From assembly GCA_030650275.1 (NCBI GenBank), contig JAUSEK010000015.1:67834-131833 (forward strand): a DNA stretch of 64,000 bases, written 5' to 3'. Of this stretch, positions 1-12,835 are shown piece by piece (position 1 is the first letter of the stretch; each line of letters begins with the position of its first letter). Source of the stretch: Candidatus Omnitrophota bacterium (lineage in GTDB: Bacteria > Omnitrophota > Gorgyraeia > Zapsychrales > Fredricksoniimonadaceae). The translations under genes and the position numbers were made by a program. Below the pieces are notes generated by a model. It was not told the DNA's origin. It made no database searches and saw only the letters and a program-made list of their open reading frames with translations.

Positions 1-1634
1 GGGGCGCCGCCATGACTATAGACAATGGGGATCGTCACAACCAGGTCATTTCCGGCCATATCCGGCGGGAACGCGGCGAACGGGGCCGCTATTTTGGCGG
101 TATTCAAAGCGTCCTGGTCAAATACGTCGTGTCCGGAGGGCTCCACGACCACGGCTTCAGACAAAGACCCGTCCTTGGCGATGCGCAATCTCAACTTCAC
201 TGTTCCCTGCCAGTTTTTCTGCAGGGCCTCATAGGGATAAGCGATCGACTGGGAGATCTTCATCTGCACCAAACGGACATACGCGGCCATTCCTGTGACG
301 GGAACGACCACCACCGGCGCTTTGGCCGGGGGGGTTGCCCCAAAATTCAACGGTCTCTTGTCAAAACGCGCGTTGGTCTCGCTTTGAAAGTTATGCAGGG
401 CTTTGGAAGGATAGACGGTCTCCTGGGCCGCGTACTTCTTGTCTTTAAGGATGGTCGGTGTCAGCGTGATCACCAGCTCCGTATCGGTATTGACGGTCGG
501 AGTGCTGCGGTTGCGGAACAGCATCCCCACGATCGGAATGCTGCTGAAGAACGGCACCCTCTTGACGCTGTCCCCGTCATTGTGCTTGATCAATCCCGCC
601 AGGACAATGGTCTGGCCGTTATCCAAATATAACTGTGTCTGGGCCTCGCGGGTCAAAAACGCCACGTCATTGCCGACCTTGTTGGCTTTATCAATGTCCC
701 TGATCTCGACTTTCAGCAAAACATCCACCTTTCCGTCGCGCACCGCCGGAGTGATGGTCAGATTGACCCCGTATTGCTTGAATTGGATATTTTCCTGTGT
801 GCTGCCGCCGCTGGCGCTGGTCGTGGTGGTGCGGATGGGGATCTCACCGCCGACGAGGAAGCTGGCTTCCTTGCCGCTGACAACGACTAATCGCGGATTG
901 GAAAGCACGCGGCCTTTGCCTTCTTCCACCAAAGCGTTGACCACCGACATGATGGCGCTGGTGCGGTTGAAATCACCGATCTTGAAGAAATCTTTCACGC
1001 TTCCGTTGGTGGTCGGCAAAGATTCATTATACTTCAATGCGACCGCGCGGCTGCTGTCCGAAGCATCCGCGTTGGTCCATTCAAAACCGATGTTCTTATT
1101 GAGCGTGGTGTTCAATTCCGTGATCTGCATGTCCACCTGCACCAGATCGTCGCTGGTCTCTTCCATGGTGAGGTTGATGACATTGGCGGCATAGGGATCG
1201 GTGAATTTTTCCAGCACCGCCTTATCTGCTTTGGTGACGGCGCCGGAAAGGACGATCTTGCCTTCCATCAGATTTTCTTCAACGGTCACGCCCTTAATGC
1301 CCGCCTTGGCCATGACGTTCGAAATGCGCTCTTTCAGGGCCTTGAGGTCCTCGCCGGCCACCCGCACGGTGATCGCGCGCTTGCCGTCATCATCCCACAC
1401 AAAGATCGCGGTCTGGCCCGATTTTTTGGCCAGGATCAGGACCTTGTCCGGTTTCGCGTCGCTGACATCCGCCACCGAGGGGTCGGTGACTGACAGGCGG
1501 GTGAGATTCTTGACCTCAATGGTCTCCAGGTCCCCGGTGATCATATCAATATTTTGCGTCTGCTCATCCCCGGCAAAAACGGGCATCACCACACAAGCGA
1601 TCACCAAACCGGCGTATAAAAAATTCTTTTTCAT
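1..1634 (-). CDS. cpaC: Tad/Flp pilus secretin (CpaC/RcpA family) with C-terminal TonB-C-like domain; runs off the window edge
   Basis: Not in the ORF track because it is open at the edge. My translation from ATG 1634: signal peptide MKKNFLYAGLVIACVVMPVFA, secretin motifs LSNPRLVVVSGKEASFLVGGEIP and VPFFSSIPIVGMLFR, then YPYEALQKNWQGTVKLRLRI...SGHDVFDQDALNTAKIAAPF. It lies directly downstream of cpaB. Confidence 0.85.
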   Translation of the reverse strand, partial: MKKNFLYAGLVIACVVMPVFAGDEQTQNIDMITGDLETIEVKNLTRLSVTDPSVADVSDAKPDKVLILAKKSGQTAIFVWDDDGKRAITVRVAGEDLKALKERISNVMAKAGIKGVTVEENLMEGKIVLSGAVTKADKAVLEKFTDPYAANVINLTMEETSDDLVQVDMQITELNTTLNKNIGFEWTNADASDSSRAVALKYNESLPTTNGSVKDFFKIGDFNRTSAIMSVVNALVEEGKGRVLSNPRLVVVSGKEASFLVGGEIPIRTTTTSASGGSTQENIQFKQYGVNLTITPAVRDGKVDVLLKVEIRDIDKANKVGNDVAFLTREAQTQLYLDNGQTIVLAGLIKHNDGDSVKRVPFFSSIPIVGMLFRNRSTPTVNTDTELVITLTPTILKDKKYAAQETVYPSKALHNFQSETNARFDKRPLNFGATPPAKAPVVVVPVTGMAAYVRLVQMKISQSIAYPYEALQKNWQGTVKLRLRIAKDGSLSEAVVVEPSGHDVFDQDALNTAKIAAPFAAFPPDMAGNDLVVTIPIVYSHGGA

Positions 1635-1637
1635 GGG

Positions 1638-2492
1638 TTAAAGCTCCTTGCCGCCCTTGAAGATCTGAATGTACGGCTTTTCGATCGACTCCTTGGTCCT
1701 GCTCTCACCGGGGTCATCCGGAACGCGGATATTAGCACCCTGATTTTGCAAAACATAATCCGCCAGCGTCTTCCACGTGGACGCCTTGACCATCTGGTGT
1801 TCGCGCTCGTTGGGAGAGCGCAAGGCGAGTTCCAATTTACCGTTGATGTCCGCGAACGCCAACAGCCCGGCTTCCTGGGGGTCCACGGCAAACGTCACTT
1901 TCAAAGACGGCGCGGTCTGCTGTTCATCATAATAACCCGGCTCATCCAAATTGGTATTGACAGCCAGAACCTGCAGGTCCTGAAAGATCATGGCGGTCAC
2001 TGTATTGCTGTTCTTTTTGGCCTCGGGGCCGCTGGCATAGCTGGACACCGGAACGCTCAAATGGGCGATGATGTCCACAAAATCCCCGGCATTGAGAAGC
2101 CCGCCGACCGCGGACAGGGAATCGATCATGACCGTGACCGCGCGCTTGCCCTCCGGCGTTTTGATCGCCAAAGAGGTCTTGCTGCGCCTTCTCTCCCCCG
2201 CCGGACCCTTCTGGCCCGTTTGCTGCAAGGCGGCCATCTGTTTTTTGATCACTTCCGTCTGCTCGGTCTTGACGCGCTCAAGCTCCTGGCCCAACGCGGC
2301 CATTTTCTGGTCGCTGTCCTGCTTGATCTGGGTGACGACCTCTTTTTGCTTGGCCTCATATTCCTCGGCCAATTGCGTGGTACGCGCCTCAATGCTGTTT
2401 TTAACGTAACTGCTGGTCATGACGGTCGCCATGATGCCCGCCGCGACCGCGAAGACAATGAGCAGGATTTGCCTGCGGTTTTCAATAGCCAT
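1638..2492 (-). CDS. cpaB: Flp pilus assembly protein CpaB/RcpC
   Basis: N-terminal TM helix; motifs PEGKRAVTV, VGGLLNAGDFVDII, QDLQVLAV, VTFAVDPQEA, LELALRS. Confidence 0.85.
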   Translation of the reverse strand: MAIENRRQILLIVFAVAAGIMATVMTSSYVKNSIEARTTQLAEEYEAKQKEVVTQIKQDSDQKMAALGQELERVKTEQTEVIKKQMAALQQTGQKGPAGERRRSKTSLAIKTPEGKRAVTVMIDSLSAVGGLLNAGDFVDIIAHLSVPVSSYASGPEAKKNSNTVTAMIFQDLQVLAVNTNLDEPGYYDEQQTAPSLKVTFAVDPQEAGLLAFADINGKLELALRSPNEREHQMVKASTWKTLADYVLQNQGANIRVPDDPGESRTKESIEKPYIQIFKGGKEL

Positions 2493-2524
2493 GCTATTTC
2501 CTCCGCGCTTTTGAACGCCCGTGT

Positions 2525-3427
2525 TTATTTCGCCGGGGCCAAAAGCTCTTGATTGATCTCGACCTTGGTTTTCTCGGCCAATTGATTGATGTGGTCCAAA
2601 ATGGCCTTTTGCTGTTTGCGCAGCGTTAAACCGGCGATCAAATCCTGTTTGACCCCGGCAAAGGGCTTCATCGCCCCGCCTTTTTTACTGTCCACCTTAA
2701 CGATATAAAAGCCCTCGGGCCCTTTGAACACGGAGCTGACGCCGCCGGCATCCAAATTGGCAATGGCACTTTGCATGGCTTCAAAAGGAGCTTTGGTGAA
2801 TGCCGGTAACGCTCCACCGCCGGAAGCGGTCTTGGCCTTGGACTGGGCCTTGGCCGTTTCAGCAAAATCCGCGCCCTGCAGGAGTTGGACTAAAATGTTC
2901 TTGGCCGCGGTTTCGTCGGCAACCATGATTTCGCGTACGGTATACTGCACTGGCTCAACAAAAAGGTCTTTGTTCTGGTCATAATATTCCTGGGCCTCTT
3001 TCTCGTCGGCAACAATGTCCTTGGTCAATTGATTGGCTAATTTTTGCACCAAAAGCGTGCGGCGGAAATCCTCCACCGCCTCGGTGATGTCGCTTTCCCG
3101 GGCGAGGCCGGAATTTTCGGCGTCCTTGACCAACAGCTGCTGGCGAATGAGTTCATTGAGAAGCGCTTCTTTGGACCCGGGCTTGGTGGCGTCAAAATCA
3201 GGCAGGCCTTCTTTAAGGAGTTTAAGGCGTTCTTCAAATTGCGACCCGGTCAACGTCCATCCGCCCACGCGGACAAGGACGTCTTTAGGGATAGGGGAAG
3301 ATGTTTCAGCCGCGCTTGGGGCCGGAGCCGGGGCTTTCTTGGGAGGACTAAAAAGATCACACCCTGTAAAAATAATTGTGAATAAAAAAACTGCGGCCAT
3401 CCGTGTCCAGCAAAATGCTCTCTTCAT
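2525..3427 (-). CDS. PpiC/parvulin-type peptidyl-prolyl isomerase lipoprotein (PrsA/SurA-like)
   Basis: Lipobox-like FTGC; SurA-like helices (LNELIRQQLL); rotamase motifs GADFAETAKAQS and GFYIVKV. Confidence 0.85.
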   Translation of the reverse strand: MKRAFCWTRMAAVFLFTIIFTGCDLFSPPKKAPAPAPSAAETSSPIPKDVLVRVGGWTLTGSQFEERLKLLKEGLPDFDATKPGSKEALLNELIRQQLLVKDAENSGLARESDITEAVEDFRRTLLVQKLANQLTKDIVADEKEAQEYYDQNKDLFVEPVQYTVREIMVADETAAKNILVQLLQGADFAETAKAQSKAKTASGGGALPAFTKAPFEAMQSAIANLDAGGVSSVFKGPEGFYIVKVDSKKGGAMKPFAGVKQDLIAGLTLRKQQKAILDHINQLAEKTKVEINQELLAPAK

Positions 3428-3462
3428 CCAGTCCTCCCGGTATCCTTAATAATATAAGGGTA

Positions 3463-3588
3463 AGTATATCCGTTAAATGTCAAAAATGCAAGTTTTGCGG
3501 CCATTTTTACCACGATTTTTTAACACTTTTTCAGCAACCCTAATTCTACCAACACTTAATATAATATATTAAATTTTTACTGTGTCAA
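3463..3588 (-). promoter_or_regulatory. Two candidate sigma70-type promoters upstream of the ppiC/tad genes
   Basis: Minus strand TTGCAT-17-TATACT (3491-3463) and TTGACA-16-TATTAT (3588-3561) in an AT-rich intergenic region. Confidence 0.5.
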
Positions 3589-3596
3589 CAAGCCGC

Positions 3597-4577
3597 TCAT
3601 AAAATCGCATCAACCGCCTGTTTTTCACTTAAAAGCTCATCCAGGGTGATCTTGATCCTGGCTTTAGCAAAATCGTTGTGGTTGAGGCCCTGAACGATCT
3701 CCCAGTCCTGTCCGTTGGAACGCAAAGGAAAACCGAACATGATGCCTTGCGGGATGCCGTAACTGCCGTCCGAAGCGACCGCGGCTGAAAAGAACGCGCC
3801 GGCAGGTGTTGGGGTCATGATATTGCGCAGCGTGTCCACCGCCGCGTTGGCCGCGGAAGCCGCGGAAGAAAGCCCCCTGGCCTTGATGATGGCGGCCCCG
3901 CGCTTTTGCACGGTCTCAATGAACGCGCCTTCCAGCCACGCCTTGTCAGTAATGACTTCCGTCACCGGACGGCCGTTAATGACGGCATTATAAAAATCGG
4001 GGTATTGCGTCGCCGAATGATTGCCCCAGATGGCCACCCTGCCGACGGAGGCGATGGCAACAGAGGCCTTTTGGGCCAATTGCGCCGCGGCGCGGTTCTG
4101 GTCCAGCATGGTCATGGCGAAAAAATTCTTCGCCGGGATGCTGGTGCAAACGGTCTTGGCGATATAGGCATTGGTGTTGCAGGGATTGCCGACGACCAGG
4201 ATCCTGCACGTCGGCTTGGCCGCCTGGGAAAGCGCCTTGCCCTGTTCTATAAAAACCCCGCCGTTGATCTTCAACAGATCGCCACGCTCCATGCCTTCCT
4301 TGCGCACAACGCTGCCAACGAGAAGTACAAAGTCAGCTCCTTTGAAAGCGGTCTTGGGGTCCGACGTGATGGTCACGGAATTCAATAAAGGAAAAGCGCA
4401 ATCGTCAAGTTCCATGACAACGCCCCGCAAAGCCGGCAGGGCGCCCTCCAATTCCAGCAAACGCAAATCAATGCGGGTGTCTTTGCCGAACATTTCCCCG
4501 GCGGCAATGCGGAACAAAAGCGCGTAGCCGATATGCCCGGCGGCTCCGGTAACGGCAACTGTTATTTGCTTGGACAT
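3597..4577 (-). CDS. mdh: Malate dehydrogenase (MDH type 2, cytosolic-like)
   Basis: [63 protein letters not shown]. Confidence 0.95.
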   Translation of the reverse strand: MSKQITVAVTGAAGHIGYALLFRIAAGEMFGKDTRIDLRLLELEGALPALRGVVMELDDCAFPLLNSVTITSDPKTAFKGADFVLLVGSVVRKEGMERGDLLKINGGVFIEQGKALSQAAKPTCRILVVGNPCNTNAYIAKTVCTSIPAKNFFAMTMLDQNRAAAQLAQKASVAIASVGRVAIWGNHSATQYPDFYNAVINGRPVTEVITDKAWLEGAFIETVQKRGAAIIKARGLSSAASAANAAVDTLRNIMTPTPAGAFFSAAVASDGSYGIPQGIMFGFPLRSNGQDWEIVQGLNHNDFAKARIKITLDELLSEKQAVDAIL

Positions 4578-4578
4578 A

Positions 4579-5379
4579 TCACTTCCTTTTAATAATTCCC
4601 GGCAAGACCGCTCTTGCCTTTTTTATTTCTTCCATCTTAATTTGCGCGTAAACAATTTCTTCCTTGTTGTCAGATCCGCGCGCGATCACGTTGCCCCACG
4701 GGCCCACCACCATGCTGTTGCCGTACGCCGCAATACCGCGCGCGTCCATGCCGACCTGGTTGGAGGCCAGAACATAGCACAAATTCTCAATGGCGCGCGC
4801 CCTCAATAAAATTTCCCAGTGGGCCTGTCCCGTCTTTTTAGTAAAACACGACGGAACGGTGATGATATCAACCCCCGAAGCGCCGTAACCCAGATAAAGA
4901 TCGGGAAAGCGCAGGTCATAGCACACCGATAGCCCGACGGTAAATTTGCCGACCCGCGCTTTGATGCCAATACGGCCCGGACAAAAGCAGTCGGATTCAC
5001 GGATCGCCTGACCGCCCAGCCGGGCGTCGAATAAATGGATCTTGCGGTACTTCGCCGCCACCCTGCCGCGATCATCGATCAAAACAGACGTATTGTAGGC
5101 CTTACCCCCCGGGGCCTTTTCAAAAACCGAGCCGGCAAGGATAAAAACGCCTTTGGCGCGAGCCAATTTCATGAATGGCTCGACGGAAGCCCCCGGGACC
5201 TTTTCGCTGACGCAAGCGACCAGGGGCTGATCGCGCACGTCCCCGCGGAAATTATAGATCTCGGGAAGCAAAACGAACTGCGCCCCGTTCTCAACGGCGC
5301 GGCGGACAAAAACGAAAGCGCGGGCAATATTGTCATTTTTATCCAACCCGGCATTGAATTGAATTAATGCAATTTTCAT
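4579..5379 (-). CDS. Carbon-nitrogen hydrolase (Nit1 / deaminated-glutathione amidase-like)
   Basis: Catalytic triad motifs [12 protein letters not shown] and CYDLRFP; [13 protein letters not shown]. Confidence 0.9.
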   Translation of the reverse strand: MKIALIQFNAGLDKNDNIARAFVFVRRAVENGAQFVLLPEIYNFRGDVRDQPLVACVSEKVPGASVEPFMKLARAKGVFILAGSVFEKAPGGKAYNTSVLIDDRGRVAAKYRKIHLFDARLGGQAIRESDCFCPGRIGIKARVGKFTVGLSVCYDLRFPDLYLGYGASGVDIITVPSCFTKKTGQAHWEILLRARAIENLCYVLASNQVGMDARGIAAYGNSMVVGPWGNVIARGSDNKEEIVYAQIKMEEIKKARAVLPGIIKRK

Positions 5380-5392
5380 CGTTGTCCGCTTC

Positions 5393-5482
5393 TGTCATTC
5401 CCGAATGCTTCTGTCGGGAATCCAGAACATGCCCTCCCTGGACCCCCGACAAAAACATTCGGGGGTGACACCTTCGGTGTCA
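5393..5482. repeat. TGTCA-family REP-like palindromic element, copy 1
   Basis: tgtcattcccgaatgcttctgtcgggaatccag...ctggacccccgacaaaaacattcgggggtgacaccttcggtgtca; homologous copies at 34620, 47801 and 52133. Confidence 0.85.
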
Positions 5483-6115
5483 TTTTTTCAACATTTCCCC
5501 GTATTCCTTATAACATTTGGTATAAAACGGCTGTTCTTTCAATTCCTGACGCCATGCGCCCAGGTGCGGATACGGACTTAAACTGAAATTCGCCATTTCC
5601 ACGGGCTCAAGCATCGCGAACAGAACAATGTCGGCGAGGGTAAGGCTCTCACCGACAACATGTTTATGCACCGACAATTGTTTTTCAATGACAGGGAGCT
5701 GCGCGTCCAGAAATTTGAGCGCGTCTGCCAGAGATTGTTCATTCACGGGCCGGCCGAAACGTGGGGCAAAGACCCGGCTATAGACGACCGTGGCCAGGTG
5801 GGCATTGATATGGAATGAAATAAAATCAACCCACTGATCAATGACCGCCCTTTGTTTGAGGTCTTGTGGGTACAGGGGGGAGTTGTGTTTTGAGGCCAGA
5901 TATTTGCAAATGGCATTGCTTTCAAAAAGATGAAATCCGTCGTCGTCAATGGCCGGCACCTTGCCGACGGGGTTTATTTTCAGGAACCATTCGTTTTTTT
6001 GCTCGCCCTCGCGCAAATTGACGAGTTGCCATTTGTGCTCGATGCCCATCCAGCTGGCGGCCAGGCGCACCTTAATGGCCGGGCCTGAAAGGTCGGAGCC
6101 GTAAATCGTTAACAT
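5480..6115 (-). CDS. Glutathione S-transferase family protein
   Basis: NPVGKVPAIDDDGFHLFESNAICKYL and GESLTLADI motifs. Start moved to ATG 6115 (SD GAGGA) because the longer ORF overlaps tRNA-Glu. Confidence 0.9.
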   Translation of the reverse strand: MLTIYGSDLSGPAIKVRLAASWMGIEHKWQLVNLREGEQKNEWFLKINPVGKVPAIDDDGFHLFESNAICKYLASKHNSPLYPQDLKQRAVIDQWVDFISFHINAHLATVVYSRVFAPRFGRPVNEQSLADALKFLDAQLPVIEKQLSVHKHVVGESLTLADIVLFAMLEPVEMANFSLSPYPHLGAWRQELKEQPFYTKCYKEYGEMLKK

Positions 6116-6137
6116 GGGGTTTCCTCGATTTTTCTTC

Positions 6138-6165
6138 TTGACGAAGAGGTGAGGGTTACTATAAT
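6138..6165 (+). promoter_or_regulatory. sigma70-type promoter of tRNA-Glu
   Basis: TTGACG-16-TATAAT, about 35 nt upstream of the tRNA. Confidence 0.65.
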
Positions 6166-6198
6166 TAGGGCAATCATTTTTGCCCTTCTTGTTTTTTC

Positions 6199-6272
6199 GA
6201 CCCCATCGTCTAGCCTGGTCAGGACACAAGCTTTTCAAGCTTGCAGCACGGGTTCAAATCCCGTTGGGGTCG
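6199..6272 (+). tRNA. tRNA-Glu(TTC)
   Basis: Acceptor stem gacccca/tggggtc; anticodon arm caagc-ttTTCaa-gcttg; T-loop ggttcaaatcc; CCA not encoded. Confidence 0.93.
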
Positions 6273-6276
6273 TTCT

Positions 6277-8736
6277 TTATTCGTCCTCTTTACCGACGAC
6301 GACGTGGGCGATGGAACTGACCATGTCCTTGGCCTGCAAACTGATGAGCCGGACCCCCTGCGCGCTGCGGCCGGTCTCCCGGATCTCCGAGGGGGAAGAG
6401 CGCACGACCATGCCCTTCTTGGTCACCGCCATGATCTGGTCCTCGTCCATGACGGACAAAACAGCGACCACGGGGCCGTTTTTCTCGGTCACCTTCACGT
6501 TGATGATCCCTTTGCCGGCACGCGATTGGGTGCGGTAGTCGGCAAAGTCCGATCTTTTGGCATACCCCAATTCGCACACCGTCAAGAGTTTCGCGCCCGT
6601 CTTATCCACGTCCGGCGCAAAGACCAGCATCGCCACGCAAAAATCGCCCTTGTCAAGATGGATGCCGTGCACGCCCTTGGCCGAACGGCCCATGTCGCGC
6701 AATTGCTTCTCGGGAAAACGCAGGGAGATGCCCTGGCGCGTGGCCAGAAGAACGTCCTCTTTGCCGTTGCTTAAAGCCACACCGATCAGCTCATCCTCCT
6801 TTTCCAGGCCGATGCCGACGATGCCTCCTTTGCGCGGATTGCCGAACGCGGACAAGGCGGTTTTTTTGACCAGGCCGAATTTGGTGGCAAAAACCAGGTG
6901 CTGGTCTTCGCGGAATTCCTTGACCGCCACAATGGCGCTGATCTTTTCTTCGGGCTTGAACGAAAGCAAATTGACAATGGCCTTGCCCTTGGCCGCGCGT
7001 GAGGCGACGGGGATCTCATACACCTTGAGCCAGCGCACGGTCCCGGCATTGGAAAAAATGAGCAGGTGGTCCTTGGACGACGCGACGAACATGCGCTCGA
7101 CAAAATCCTCTTCCGCGGTCGTCATGGCCGTGACGCCCTTGCCCCCGCGTTTCTGCGAATGGTAGGCATCCACGGACAGGCGCTTGATATAGCCCTTGTT
7201 GGTGATGGTGATGGCCATGTCCTCGTCGGCGATCATGTCCTCGATGGCGATGTCCTCGGCCCTGCCGGCGATCGCGGTGCGCCGCTCATCCGCGTACTTT
7301 TTCTTCAATTGCGCCAGCTCGTCCTTGATGAGCGCGTCCACTTTCTCGTCGGAAGCCAGGATGGCGCGGTAATCGTCGATGTCTTTGAGCAGCTGCTGGT
7401 ACTCGGCCTCGATCTTGTCCCTCTCGAGCGCGGCCAAACGCTGCAATTGCATTTCCAGGATCGCCTGCGCCTGCGCGTCGGAAAGGTCAAATTTCTTGAT
7501 CAGCGCTTCCTTGGCGTCGGCCGTGGTCTTGGACGCGCGGATGGTCTTAATGATCTCGTCGAGATGCTTGAACGCGGTCTTTAAACCTTCCAGAATATGG
7601 GCACGGCGTACCGCTTTGTCCAGGTCGAACTGCGTGCGCCGGCGGATGACGACGCGGCGGTGCCCGATATAATGGCCCATCAATTGTTTGAGGTTGAGGA
7701 CCTTAGGCGACCGGTTGACCAGCGCCAGATTGATGATGCCGAAGGTCACCTCCATCTGCGTGTGCTTATAAAGGTAGTTCAGGACGATGTCGGGGTTAAC
7801 GTCCCGGCGCAGTTCAATGACAACACGGATGCCATCCTTGTCGCTTTCGTCGCGGATATCGGTGATGCCGTCGATCTGTTTGTTCTGCACCAGGTCCGCG
7901 ATGGCCGTGATCAGGTTGGCCTTGTTGACCTGATAAGGCACCTCATCAATGATGATCGTTTCCTTGTTGCCTTTCTGCTGTTCAATGGAGACCTTGGCGC
8001 GGATGAGCACCTTGCCCCGGCCCGTGTTGTACGCGCCGGCAATGCCCTCGCGGCCGCAAATGATGCCTCCCGTCGGAAAATCAGGCCCCTTGACGAATTT
8101 CATCAGGTCCTTGACCACCGCGTCCGGGTTATCAAGCAGATGGACGATGCCGTCGATGACCTCACCCAGATTGTGCGGCGCCATATTGGTGGCCATGCCC
8201 ACCGCGATGCCCGAAGAGCCGTTGACCAGCAGGTTGGGGACCATGCCCGGCAAAATGTCCGGCTCCTCGAGCGACCCATCAAAATTCGGCGAAAAATCAA
8301 CGGTCTGCTTGTCAATGTCCCCCATCATGTCCTCGGCAACGGACGCCATGCGGGCCTCGGTGTAACGCATCGCCGCGGCCGCGTCCCCGTCAATGGACCC
8401 GAAATTGCCCTGCCCGTCGATCAAAGGATAACGCAGGGAAAAGTCCTGCACCATGCGCACCATGGTGTCATAGACCGCGGAATCACCGTGGGGGTGGTAC
8501 TTGCCTAAGACCTCACCGACGATGCGCGCGCTTTTCTTGTAGGGCTTGTTGTGTTCAAGGTTCAAATCCTTCATCGCGTACAGGATGCGCCGGTGAACGG
8601 GCTTTAAGCCATCGCGCACGTCCGGCAGGGCCCGGCCCACGATGACGGACATCGAATAGGCCAGATAGGACTTCTTCATTTCCTCTTCGATGTAAACAGG
8701 AACGATCTTTTCTTTTTTGTTCAAATCGCGCGACAT
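6277..8736 (-). CDS. gyrA: DNA gyrase subunit A
   Basis: [32 protein letters not shown] and GyrA-box QKRGGKG. Start set at ATG 8736; the upstream extension derives from a palindromic repeat. Confidence 0.97.
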   Translation of the reverse strand: MSRDLNKKEKIVPVYIEEEMKKSYLAYSMSVIVGRALPDVRDGLKPVHRRILYAMKDLNLEHNKPYKKSARIVGEVLGKYHPHGDSAVYDTMVRMVQDFSLRYPLIDGQGNFGSIDGDAAAAMRYTEARMASVAEDMMGDIDKQTVDFSPNFDGSLEEPDILPGMVPNLLVNGSSGIAVGMATNMAPHNLGEVIDGIVHLLDNPDAVVKDLMKFVKGPDFPTGGIICGREGIAGAYNTGRGKVLIRAKVSIEQQKGNKETIIIDEVPYQVNKANLITAIADLVQNKQIDGITDIRDESDKDGIRVVIELRRDVNPDIVLNYLYKHTQMEVTFGIINLALVNRSPKVLNLKQLMGHYIGHRRVVIRRRTQFDLDKAVRRAHILEGLKTAFKHLDEIIKTIRASKTTADAKEALIKKFDLSDAQAQAILEMQLQRLAALERDKIEAEYQQLLKDIDDYRAILASDEKVDALIKDELAQLKKKYADERRTAIAGRAEDIAIEDMIADEDMAITITNKGYIKRLSVDAYHSQKRGGKGVTAMTTAEEDFVERMFVASSKDHLLIFSNAGTVRWLKVYEIPVASRAAKGKAIVNLLSFKPEEKISAIVAVKEFREDQHLVFATKFGLVKKTALSAFGNPRKGGIVGIGLEKEDELIGVALSNGKEDVLLATRQGISLRFPEKQLRDMGRSAKGVHGIHLDKGDFCVAMLVFAPDVDKTGAKLLTVCELGYAKRSDFADYRTQSRAGKGIINVKVTEKNGPVVAVLSVMDEDQIMAVTKKGMVVRSSPSEIRETGRSAQGVRLISLQAKDMVSSIAHVVVGKEDE

Positions 8737-8755
8737 AACAACCCTTTCAATTGCA

Positions 8756-8825
8756 GAATTATGGGGACACAATACTTAATTCAGTCGTAGAACCGCAGGA
8801 ATTAAGTATTGTGTCCCCATAATTC
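8756..8825. repeat. GGGGACAC-family inverted repeat (27-bp arms), copy 1
   Basis: gaattatggggacacaatacttaattc-N16-gaattaagtattgtgtccccataattc; second copy at 63361. Confidence 0.9.
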
Positions 8826-8837
8826 CATAATTCTGCA

Positions 8838-11565
<2,728 letters not shown>

Positions 11566-11592
11566 GGCGCAACAGAAAAATCAAAAATGACA

Positions 11593-12681
11593 TTATAGCC
11601 GCATCGGCAAAGCCAGATACAAATAATCCCGCAGGCGTATCACACACGGCTTGTCCGGCCCCAAAAATTCCATTTCAATGCGCTCGTCGGCGATGTTTTT
11701 AAGGACGTCAATGAAAAACTGAGGGTTGAACCCGGCCATGATCTCATTGTGCCCGTATTCCACCGCCACTTCTTCGCGGCTTTCCCCGACGTCCGGCGTG
11801 GATTTGGAGATCACAAGCTTTTCCTTGAACAACTCAAATTTGATGGCCTGAAAATCCCGGGTGGATAAAAGGTTGGCCCGCCGGATGGCGGCCAAAAGGT
11901 CCTGTGTCTTGACCTTGACTTTCGCGGCGATCTCTTTGGGAACGACCTGCTTATAGTTGGGGAATTCCCCTTCAATGATGCGGGTGGCGATCAAAACGCC
12001 GTCGATATTAAAAAGGACCTGGTTTGTACCGACCGTAATCGAACAATTCCCGCTATCTTTCAAGTTGCGGTTGATCTCTCCGACCGCTTTGATCGGTAGA
12101 ATGATATTAATGTCTTTGCCGTACGGCGCCACGAGTTTCTTTTCGATCTTCGCCAAACGCCGCCCGTCGGTCGCCACCATGCGCGCCGTGTCCCCGGAGA
12201 CCTCCAATAAAATACCGTTGAGCACATACCTGGATTCTTCATAAGAAACAGCGAATGACGTCAGCCGTATCATTTCTTTCAGATCGCTTTGTTTGATCAG
12301 GACCGTATCCTTTTCCTTAAATTCAGGGAATTTTGGGAATTCGTCTTTAGCCAATCCGTTGAGTTTAAACTGGCAGTTGACCCCTTCAATTTCGATCTGG
12401 TTGTTCTTGCGGGTGTAGATCACAACTTCCCCACTGGGTAACTCACGGATAATATCGCTGAATTTCTTGGCCGGGACCGTGATCGCCCCTTGTTCAAGGA
12501 TGTGGACAGGCAATTCACAGGAAATCCCGATATCCAGATCTGTTGTGTTCATCTTTAAAATATCGTCCTGGACCTCTAAAAGCATGTTGGATAATATAGG
12601 AAGGGTTGTTTTTTGAGAAACAATATTACCCACCACCCCGATACCGGCCAGCAGTTCTTCCTTATTCACCTTGATTTTCAT
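11593..12681 (-). CDS. dnaN: DNA polymerase III beta sliding clamp
   Basis: LPILSN, TTDLD, VATDGRRLA, EGEFPNY, LPMRL; SD GAGGA 7 nt before ATG 12681. Confidence 0.96.
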   Translation of the reverse strand: MKIKVNKEELLAGIGVVGNIVSQKTTLPILSNMLLEVQDDILKMNTTDLDIGISCELPVHILEQGAITVPAKKFSDIIRELPSGEVVIYTRKNNQIEIEGVNCQFKLNGLAKDEFPKFPEFKEKDTVLIKQSDLKEMIRLTSFAVSYEESRYVLNGILLEVSGDTARMVATDGRRLAKIEKKLVAPYGKDINIILPIKAVGEINRNLKDSGNCSITVGTNQVLFNIDGVLIATRIIEGEFPNYKQVVPKEIAAKVKVKTQDLLAAIRRANLLSTRDFQAIKFELFKEKLVISKSTPDVGESREEVAVEYGHNEIMAGFNPQFFIDVLKNIADERIEMEFLGPDKPCVIRLRDYLYLALPMRL

Positions 12682-12687
12682 ATTCAC

Positions 12688-12835
12688 ATCCTCATGCTGT
12701 TTTTATTAAATTGGGCTAAATTCAAATAGCAGTCGTATTAGTAAGGGTTGTGGATAAATTGAATTAGAGATAAAAACTGTTGGTAATGATATGGTTATGT
12801 TATTCACAGCTGTGTATAACCCTGTGGACAACCCC
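12688..12835. other. oriC: Chromosomal replication origin oriC (dnaA-dnaN intergenic)
   Basis: DnaA boxes TGTGGATAA 12749-57 (perfect), TTATTCACA 12800-08, TGTGTATAA 12811-19 and TGTGGACAA 12823-31. Trio-like tag-cag-tcg-tat-tag-taa at 12727-44 next to an AT-rich stretch. Gene strand bias flips nearby. Confidence 0.85.
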
